This document shows, piece by piece, positions 53,554 to 60,544 of a DNA stretch of 60,544 bases. The stretch covers positions 1 to 60,544 of the forward strand of contig DBDU01000016.1 of the NCBI GenBank assembly GCA_002293725.1, written 5' to 3'. A model generated the notes under the pieces. It saw only the letters and a program-made list of their open reading frames with translations, had not been told where the DNA came from and ran no database searches. The translations under genes were made by a program, and so were the position numbers. Numbering within the stretch: position 1 is the stretch's first letter; each line of letters begins with the position of its first letter. This stretch comes from Patescibacteria group bacterium UBA924 (GTDB lineage Bacteria > Patescibacteriota > Microgenomatia > UBA1400 > PJMF01).

Positions 53554-55308
53554 ATGCCCAAAACCACTGCTCATCAACTAGCATCGCCTCAAGCAAACGT
53601 TTTTGCTCTCCTTAGCCGTTATCGCACATACAGTATCTTCCTGATTTTGTTCACTATTTTGGCTAATGGACTCGGTCTCTTGGTTCCGAGAGTTATTGCT
53701 GCTGGTATCGATACCTTCTCGCTGACACAGACAGTGCCAAACTCTTTAATTTGGGAAGCCAGTGCAATCATTGCTGGCATTTTTGTCTTTTCCTTCGCTC
53801 AGAACGTCTTGCAAACATTTGCGTCTGAACGAGTCGCGCGTGACTTACGTAACGAGCTAGCAGCCAAGATCTCGCGGCAAGATAACAGCACGATTGAAAA
53901 ACTCACACCAGCAGTGCTGTTAACGAACTTAACCTCCGACATCGATGCGATCAAAACCTTTATTGCTCAGGCGGTAGCTGGAATTGTCTCGTCACTGTTG
54001 TTGATCATTGGATCAAGCATCTTACTGTTGATCACCGATTGGAAGCTGGCTTTAGTCGTGTTGTTAATCATTCCCATTATCGGAATCGCCTTTCGAGTGA
54101 TTTTCAGCCGCGTGCAGACGCTGTTTATTAAGGGTCAAGAAGTTATTGATTGGCTAAATAAAGTCATTAATGAAAGCATCTTGGGCTCCGGACTTATTCG
54201 CATTCTCGATTCACAGAACCAAGAGAACAATAAGTTTGCCCAAGCTAACCAAGCAGCCACCGAAACTGGCATGAAGATTTTGGGCTACTTTTCCAGCTTG
54301 ATTCCGATCATTACTTTCACTGGCAGCTTAGCGGTTTTAGCAATCGTTGTCTTAGGTGGTAACTTTGTGATTAATGGCGAGATGACTTTGGGAAGCTTCA
54401 CCGCTTTTAACAGTTATGTTTCGATCTTAATCTTTCCGATCATCATGATCGGCTTTATGAGCAACGTGATTGCCCGTTCAGCTGCATCTTACGGACGCAT
54501 TCAAGCTGTCTTACAGACGCCTGATCCTATTGAAGCTGGCACGCTGAGTGCTGATCATCTGCAAGGAAAAATTGAAGCCAAAAATGTTTCCTTGCTTTTG
54601 GGTCCAAAAACTATTTTGAAAGATGCTTCTTTTACGATTAAAGCGGGCACCAGAACCGCGCTAATTGGGCCCACTGCCGCTGGCAAAACCCAGCTACTTT
54701 CACTTTTAGTCGGACTGATTCCACCTACCAGTGGTTCGATTACTTTTGATGGCAAGAAAATTTCCGAGTACGATCGAACTTCACTCTTCCGCCGGGTAGG
54801 AATGGTCTTTCAGGAGAGCGTAGTCTTTAACATGACCATTAGGGAAAACATTAACTTTAGTCAGGATATTTCGGACGAAGCACTTCAGAAAGCTATTCAA
54901 ACAGCTGAATTATCTAGTTTTATCGAGTCATTACCTAAAGGACTAGAAACGGTTATTTCAGAACGTGGAACCAGTTTATCGGGCGGTCAGAAACAACGAC
55001 TGATGCTTGCCAGAGCTCTGGCTCTTAATCCACAAGTCCTTTTCTTAGATGACTTCACCGCTCGCGTTGACCTCAAAACAGAACGAAAAATTTTAAAGAA
55101 TGTGCAGCAAAACTATCCAGATATTACGTTGATTTCTGTTACTCAAAAAATTGCTTCTGTCCAAGATTACGATCAAATTTTATTACTGATGGAAGGCGAG
55201 ATTATTGCCAAAGGAACACATCAGCAGTTATTACAAGACTCACCAGAGTATATCCAGATGTATGAGTCGCAAAAGAGTACCAGTCAATATGAAGTATCAA
55301 CTGAGTAA
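53554..55308 (+). CDS. ABC exporter, fused permease/ATPase subunit 1
   Basis: Six-TM domain plus an NBD with GPTAAGKT, LSGGQKQR and FLDD. Confidence 0.85.
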   Translation: MPKTTAHQLASPQANVFALLSRYRTYSIFLILFTILANGLGLLVPRVIAAGIDTFSLTQTVPNSLIWEASAIIAGIFVFSFAQNVLQTFASERVARDLRNELAAKISRQDNSTIEKLTPAVLLTNLTSDIDAIKTFIAQAVAGIVSSLLLIIGSSILLLITDWKLALVVLLIIPIIGIAFRVIFSRVQTLFIKGQEVIDWLNKVINESILGSGLIRILDSQNQENNKFAQANQAATETGMKILGYFSSLIPIITFTGSLAVLAIVVLGGNFVINGEMTLGSFTAFNSYVSILIFPIIMIGFMSNVIARSAASYGRIQAVLQTPDPIEAGTLSADHLQGKIEAKNVSLLLGPKTILKDASFTIKAGTRTALIGPTAAGKTQLLSLLVGLIPPTSGSITFDGKKISEYDRTSLFRRVGMVFQESVVFNMTIRENINFSQDISDEALQKAIQTAELSSFIESLPKGLETVISERGTSLSGGQKQRLMLARALALNPQVLFLDDFTARVDLKTERKILKNVQQNYPDITLISVTQKIASVQDYDQILLLMEGEIIAKGTHQQLLQDSPEYIQMYESQKSTSQYEVSTE

Positions 55309-57049
55309 TACCACTAGCTCATCCGATTCTGTGCTAGGTGCTGTTCGCAGCTTCTGGCCGCTTCTACGTCATCAACGTGCCCAGCTGGTTGGCGCACTTG
55401 TGGCGGTGGTACTCGGATCTCTCGCCAACTTATTGGGTCCCCTTGTCATCGGTTACACGGTAGATCAGTTTATTGAAACCCGTAACTTCGGAGGTGTGCT
55501 ACAGGCTGGGGGAGTCTTACTGGTGATTTATATTGCCGCGGCTATAGCAAGCTACTTTCAAACCAGTTTAATGGGTGCCGTGGGTCAACGACTGTTATTC
55601 ACCTTACGCAGCGAGATCTTCGTTAAACTTCAGAGCTTGCCACTCGCTTTCTTTCAACAGAATAAAGTTGGTGATCTCATCTCCCGTATTAATAATGATA
55701 CCGACAAGTTAAATCAGTTCTTCTCCCAAGGTTTAGTCCAGTTCATGAGTAATATGTTCTTGATGGTAGGAGCTGCCATCTTTTTATTGATTCTCAATCC
55801 TCGCTTAGGCGTGGCAGCACTCCTTCCGGCAGTTGTTCTTTTTTTCCTCACTCAATTCTTATCAGCCTGGATCAAACAAGCGAATGCCAAAAGTTTGCGA
55901 GCGGTTGGGGGGATGAGTGCGGAAGTTTCTGAGTCACTCGAGAACTTCAAGTTAATTACAGTCTTTAATCGACGTGACTACTTCCGCGATCGTTTTAGCG
56001 AGGTCAATGAAGCAAACTATCAAAGCGCTATCAGCGCTGGCATCGCCAACAATACCCTCATCCCCATCTACGGTTTAGCTTCTAACATTGCACAGTGCGT
56101 GGTGCTGTTTTATGGCTTGATGCTCATCTTGCAAGGAAACTTATCGATTGGTCTGTTAGTAAGTTATGTCAGCTACGTCAACCGCTTTTACGATCCGATT
56201 CGGCAAGTTGCCAGCATTTGGTCTACTTTTCAAGTCGCACTCGCTGGGTGGGATAGAATTGCCGAGATTCTGGGACTCCACTCTGATATGGAGGTGACGT
56301 CCACCTCTGCAAAAACAGTTGCGAAAAAAACCGAACTGTTACGATTTGACCACGTCAGCTTTGCCTACGATCAAGGAAAAGACGTGCTGCATGATATTTC
56401 TTTTACCTTACAAGCGGGGAAGACGTATGCATTCGTCGGACCTACTGGTGGCGGAAAAACTACTATTGCTTCCCTGATGTCTCGCCTTTTCGACCCTACC
56501 AAAGGTCGTGTCTTGCTCGAGGGTCAAGATATCCGTAGCATTTCCAGCCAAACTCGCACTCAAAAAATTGGCTTTATCTTACAAGAACCGTTCCTATTTT
56601 CAGGCACAATTGGTGAGAACATTCTTTATGGGAATAAAGAGTTTGGCCAGCTAAGTCCGAAAGAGTTAGAAAAGGTTTTAGCAGACTTCGGTTTGGCGGA
56701 TTTACTGAAACGTTTCCCCCATGGTTTGGACGTTACCGTCGGAAGCAAAGGACAGTCTTTGAGCTTAGGTCAACAACAGTTGATTGCTTTCATTCGAGCC
56801 GTTTTACGAAAACCCCGCTTGCTTATTCTCGACGAAGCAACTGCAAATATTGATACCATGACTGAACAACTCCTCGATGAGATTTTAGCTAAGTTATCAA
56901 AAGAAACTACCAAAGTTATCATTGCTCACCGTTTCAATACAATTGAGAATGCAGACGAGATCTTCTTCGTTAATGCTGGTCAAGTGAAAAAAGCAGGATC
57001 ACTAAAACATGCGATGGAGTTACTCTTAAAAGAGAAGCGCGGTAGCTAA
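55289..57049 (+). CDS. ABC exporter, fused permease/ATPase subunit 2
   Basis: TM domain plus an NBD with GPTGGGKTT, LSLGQQQL (degenerate signature) and ILDEAT. The start at 55289 overlaps the subunit 1 end. Confidence 0.8.
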   Translation: MKYQLSNTTSSSDSVLGAVRSFWPLLRHQRAQLVGALVAVVLGSLANLLGPLVIGYTVDQFIETRNFGGVLQAGGVLLVIYIAAAIASYFQTSLMGAVGQRLLFTLRSEIFVKLQSLPLAFFQQNKVGDLISRINNDTDKLNQFFSQGLVQFMSNMFLMVGAAIFLLILNPRLGVAALLPAVVLFFLTQFLSAWIKQANAKSLRAVGGMSAEVSESLENFKLITVFNRRDYFRDRFSEVNEANYQSAISAGIANNTLIPIYGLASNIAQCVVLFYGLMLILQGNLSIGLLVSYVSYVNRFYDPIRQVASIWSTFQVALAGWDRIAEILGLHSDMEVTSTSAKTVAKKTELLRFDHVSFAYDQGKDVLHDISFTLQAGKTYAFVGPTGGGKTTIASLMSRLFDPTKGRVLLEGQDIRSISSQTRTQKIGFILQEPFLFSGTIGENILYGNKEFGQLSPKELEKVLADFGLADLLKRFPHGLDVTVGSKGQSLSLGQQQLIAFIRAVLRKPRLLILDEATANIDTMTEQLLDEILAKLSKETTKVIIAHRFNTIENADEIFFVNAGQVKKAGSLKHAMELLLKEKRGS

Positions 57050-57128
57050 AATTCGGTGAGATCTTCTTGTTAACTTCTTACGTTGTCTTCAAACTTTCTT
57101 AAACTGTGCAGGTCATGATCCTCGTATT

Positions 57129-58235
57129 ATGAAAATTGCACAAATCGCTCCCATTATTGAAAGAGTACCACCTCGTAAATACGGCGGTACCGAACGAGTC
57201 ATCTCAGCACTGACGGAAGAGCTTGTTCGTCGCGGTCACGAAGTTACGCTCTTTGCTAGTGGTGACACCATTACCGGAGCCGAACTCTCGGCAATCTGTC
57301 CCAAAAGCTTACGTGAAGCAGGAGTAACAGATACCCGAGAACGGAACGGGTGGACACTTCGTCATATCGGCGCAGCGTACGAGCGTGCCCCAGAGTTTGA
57401 CCTGATTCATGATCACTGTGGCGTGTTTAGCTTGCCTACGGCTCAGATCTCTCCGACTCCAGTCATTCAAACAATGCATGGAGCCTTTTTTGATCACAAC
57501 ATTGATGTTTTCCGTCAGTTAAGGAATACGCACTTAGTCACCATCTCTCATGATCATGCCAAAGACACTCTAGGGATGAATCATGTCGCTACTATTCATA
57601 ACGGCCTACCTATGGAGCACTATCCTTACTCTTTAGTTCATGGTGAGTACCTACTGTATGTAGGTAGAATTACACCCCAAAAAGGCACACACTTAGCAGT
57701 GCAGCTCGCTCATAAACTTAAACTACCTCTGATTTTGGCTGCAAAATGTGATCCAGAGCAGCAACAGTACTTTGACCAAGAAGTTGCCCCATATCTGTCC
57801 GATCGCATTCAGTGGGTAGGGGAAGTCAACGAAGCCGAACGCAACCAATTAATGATGAATGCGATGTGTTTTCTTCACCCTGGAACGTGGCGAGAGCCAT
57901 TTGGCTTGACCTTAATTGAAGCGATGGCCTGCGGCTGCCCAGTAGTAGCGCTAAGGAACGGATCTATTCCTGAACTTATTGAACACGGAAAAACCGGCTA
58001 CGTGGCTGAAAATCCTGATGAGATGGCGAGCTACATTCCGCAAACGACTTCGCTGAATCGCCTCTATTGCCGTCAACGTGCGCTACGTCACTTTTCGGCT
58101 AAAAAAATGGTAGATGAGTACGAACGTCTCTATACCCTAATCGCTTTAAAAAGAGCTCAACAGAGAGAAAGTGTCCCACTCCATCCATTCAGCTACGCAA
58201 CTTTGCCACTATCTGATTCATATCGATATAATTGA
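57129..58235 (+). CDS. GT4-family glycosyltransferase
   Basis: N-terminal YGGTERV and C-terminal EPFGLTLIEAMACGCPVVA (E-x7-E region). Confidence 0.8.
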   Translation: MKIAQIAPIIERVPPRKYGGTERVISALTEELVRRGHEVTLFASGDTITGAELSAICPKSLREAGVTDTRERNGWTLRHIGAAYERAPEFDLIHDHCGVFSLPTAQISPTPVIQTMHGAFFDHNIDVFRQLRNTHLVTISHDHAKDTLGMNHVATIHNGLPMEHYPYSLVHGEYLLYVGRITPQKGTHLAVQLAHKLKLPLILAAKCDPEQQQYFDQEVAPYLSDRIQWVGEVNEAERNQLMMNAMCFLHPGTWREPFGLTLIEAMACGCPVVALRNGSIPELIEHGKTGYVAENPDEMASYIPQTTSLNRLYCRQRALRHFSAKKMVDEYERLYTLIALKRAQQRESVPLHPFSYATLPLSDSYRYN

Positions 58236-58278
58236 TTGTAAGAAGATACTGTGGGATAGTAGCTACTTGAATTTGCCC

Positions 58279-59586
58279 ATGGTTGAACCTCTTAGTCCTG
58301 ATCAACTCCAGTTCCTTTATCAAACCGCGTACGACTCAATCCTTGATCTTGCAGATGAACAAGGGATTGCAGCCTCAAGTCGTCAGGAAGCGTATGGCTG
58401 TCTCTTTGGTAGAGATAGTGCGATTAGTATTCTCAAACTCTTAGAAGTGTGTAAGAAAAAACCGGACCAAAAGTTGCTCGATATCTGCCGACGTACTTTA
58501 CTCACTCACACTTTGTTGCAAGGTCAAAACTACGTTTTAGAAAGTGGGGAAGAGCCGGGAAAGTTTATTCATGAGTTTCGTCAGTCGAACTATGATCGGT
58601 TAATTAACCGCCCTAAACCGTGGTATGTCTATCCAGATAAGATTTTACGCAACTATGACTCAGTAGATTCAACACCCCTACTCCTTCTCGCCTACTATCG
58701 TTATTGGCAAGTAACCCAAGATAATGACTTTCTCTTACGAGTCCTCCCTCACGTAGAAGCAGGACTTAAATGGCTCATTACTGATGGCGATAAAGATCGT
58801 GATTTCTTGATCGAGTATGAACTCCCCTCTAAACGAACACACGGGGGTTTAGTAGTTCAGTCGTGGACCGACTCATTTGCATGTCTCACTTCGGCACAAG
58901 GTGAGTTCCCAATTTATCCTATTGCCGCTGTGGAAGTCCAAGCTATTGCCTGGGCAACCTTAAAAACTTGGGCAGCATTTTTCGCCGCCCGCGATACCCA
59001 GTACGTATTTGCTCAACAGCTGGAAGCGTTTGCCCAACAGCTGAAGGTAACGTTTAACAGACAGTTTGTGATCAGAGATAGGTTCGGTAAACCAATCTAT
59101 GCACACCAAGCATTGGATGGCAATAAAAAACCTGTCTCAACGGTGACTGGAAACCCTTTACTCTGTCTGTGGGCAGACTACCAACCGCAGAATGGACAAC
59201 CAGAAGCGATTATTGACCGTATCACTATGCATGCTTGGGTAGAAAGAGCATTTGCCAAAGACTTGTTTGATGAACTCGCCGGGATTCGCACCATGAGCCA
59301 ACTCTCACCCACCTTTGATCCGTCAAATCAGTCGTATCACAACGGGAGCTTCTGGCCGTTCTTCAACGGCCTCATTTATGAGGGTTTAGTAAAGTGGGGC
59401 TTTCATGCCCAAGCTTCAGCACTCAGAACAGCCTCGCTAATTCCTTTGTCTTACTTTGGCTGCCCAATTGAACTGTACTGTTCTGTTAAGCCAGGTGTGT
59501 ACTCTGAGTACATCTCTCCTACAGGCAAAAAAGGCTGCCGATATCAAGCCTGGACAGCTGCTGCACTCCTCGATTGGCTTTCTTGA
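58279..59586 (+). CDS. Amylo-alpha-1,6-glucosidase / glycogen-debranching-enzyme-like (GDE_C, six-hairpin) protein
   Basis: SWTDSF and YHNGSFWPFFNG motifs. The ATG at 58279 is chosen; the track ORF start overlaps the GT4 gene. Confidence 0.65.
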   Translation: MVEPLSPDQLQFLYQTAYDSILDLADEQGIAASSRQEAYGCLFGRDSAISILKLLEVCKKKPDQKLLDICRRTLLTHTLLQGQNYVLESGEEPGKFIHEFRQSNYDRLINRPKPWYVYPDKILRNYDSVDSTPLLLLAYYRYWQVTQDNDFLLRVLPHVEAGLKWLITDGDKDRDFLIEYELPSKRTHGGLVVQSWTDSFACLTSAQGEFPIYPIAAVEVQAIAWATLKTWAAFFAARDTQYVFAQQLEAFAQQLKVTFNRQFVIRDRFGKPIYAHQALDGNKKPVSTVTGNPLLCLWADYQPQNGQPEAIIDRITMHAWVERAFAKDLFDELAGIRTMSQLSPTFDPSNQSYHNGSFWPFFNGLIYEGLVKWGFHAQASALRTASLIPLSYFGCPIELYCSVKPGVYSEYISPTGKKGCRYQAWTAAALLDWLS

Positions 59587-59626
59587 TGTATAGTGTGTAT
59601 AGCGACAAAGACTTAAAGGGGTGATT

Positions 59627-60001
59627 ATGAACAGTGTCATTCACTTTGAACTTCCGGTCAAAGATATGAATCGTGCGCAAGAGTTCTATGCACGAGTATT
59701 TGGTTGGATTACGACTAACTTCGACCCTGATAACGTCCTCGTTTCAACTGCAGAATCTGGCGTCGACGGCCAACCCACTCGCCCAGGCGCTATTAATGGT
59801 TCTTTTAGAAGAGTAAACAATAGTAGTCCATTAGTGGTCATTGAGGTCTCAGACGTAGCACAGCAGTTAGAGATCGTTAAACGAAACGGCGGAACGGTCG
59901 TTGACGAACCAATTAGTATTCCAAACAGGGGTCTGATTGCCCGTTTCCGTGATAGTGAAGGAAACTTAGTCGGCCTTTGGCAAAACAAACCCACTGTTTA
60001 G
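59627..60001 (+). CDS. VOC (glyoxalase) family protein
   Basis: VIHFELPVKDMNRAQEFYARVFGW ... ARFRDSEGNLVGLWQ. AAAGGGG RBS. Confidence 0.7.
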   Translation: MNSVIHFELPVKDMNRAQEFYARVFGWITTNFDPDNVLVSTAESGVDGQPTRPGAINGSFRRVNNSSPLVVIEVSDVAQQLEIVKRNGGTVVDEPISIPNRGLIARFRDSEGNLVGLWQNKPTV

Positions 60002-60013
60002 AACTCTGTGTAC

Positions 60014-60525
60014 TTAACTTGCTTTAGCTAATAGCTTTCTGGCATTTTTCATCTGTTCTGCCCAGAACACTGTTCCAGTAATAACTTTTTCAGCTTGCTC
60101 ATTCTGTGCTTCGGTTGGCACAAACTTCTGCTCAGCATTAAGCTGATTCCAGTAATCAGGAATGACGATATGTTCAGAGAGATCGTACATTCTTAAGTGA
60201 GCTACTACTTGGCGAAGTTGCTCGATTGCCCTTGACCCTCCAGTTTGAGCGCCATAGCTGACAAAAGAGACGGGTTTATATCCCCATTCACGGGCCAAAA
60301 AATCAATCGCATTTTTTAATGACGCTGGAAATGAGTGGTTGTATTCAGGTGTGATAAAAATAAAGCCGTCGGACTCATCAATAACTTTTGACCACTTTTT
60401 CGTATGTTCATTCTGATACTGATCCATTGCCGGCGGAATTGGCTCATCTAAGAATGGCAAGTTCACATCCTTAAGATCAATCAACTCAAACTGTGCTTCC
60501 TTATGTTTTTGAGCAAGTTCGTTCA
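60014..60525 (-). CDS. NAD(P)H-dependent FMN reductase family protein, 5'-truncated by the contig end
   Basis: FIFITPEYNHSFPASLKNAIDFL motif. The expected N-terminal flavin-binding strand (xxxGSxR) is missing. The reading frame stays open up to the adapter. Confidence 0.7.
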
Positions 60526-60544
60526 CTGTCTCTTATACACATCT
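60526..60544. other. Tn5/Nextera mosaic-end adapter (CTGTCTCTTATACACATCT), not biological sequence
   Basis: Exact 19-nt match to the transposase mosaic end at the very end of the window. Confidence 0.95.

Overview
This is a gene-dense bacterial contig of about 60.5 kb. I count about 60 CDS and 5 tRNA genes: Asn-GTT, Ser-GGA, Ser-TGA, Arg-GCG and Ser-CGA. There is no rRNA and no CRISPR array. The genetic code is standard, with TGA used as a stop in several ATGA stop/start overlaps.

Both contig ends look technical. The left end breaks inside a perfect 15-nt tandem repeat that encodes a pentapeptide-repeat protein. The right end is the 19-nt Tn5/Nextera mosaic-end adapter.

Gene content, left to right:
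- A phage-like replication/lysis module abuts the 3' end of tRNA-Asn.
- A minus-strand block carries dnaG, a CsoR-family repressor, trxA, trxB, malic enzyme, glutamate dehydrogenase, a DsbA-like protein and rpoD. The rpoD product has a histone-like basic tail.
- A plus-strand accessory block holds DedA, DUF368, an aldo/keto reductase, several hypotheticals and a GNAT-like/M20/DapF-like operon.
- An ArsC-like gene sits behind a long structured leader.
- A Cys-rich modular surface protein follows.
- An envelope-glycan-like locus contains a clan-A glycoside hydrolase, two tandem GT9-like genes and DedA, with DUF218 nearby.
- A 1999-aa protein has an M48-type metalloprotease motif set at its N-terminus and an ABC1/UbiB kinase-like C-terminus.
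- Nucleotide salvage and methyl-cycle genes are present: upp, purA, purB, a PfkB kinase and ahcY.
- Cation transporters include ZIP, a P-type ATPase and CorA.
- A heterodimer-type ABC exporter pair and a GT4 plus debranching-enzyme-like pair complete the window.

The compactness, salvage-type metabolism, giant ORF and Cys-rich surface protein suggest an uncultivated small-genome lineage, possibly Patescibacteria/CPR-like. That placement is inference only.

Best candidates for something undescribed, in order:
1. The giant M48 to ABC1-kinase fusion protein.
2. The twin GT9-like / DedA / GH locus.
3. The non-canonical CsoR-family sensor with a perfect palindromic operator controlling a thioredoxin cluster.
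4. The promoter, leaderless uORF and attenuator leader upstream of the ArsC-like gene.
5. The GNAT-like/M20/DapF-like operon.

All domain calls are from motif recognition by eye. No searches were run.
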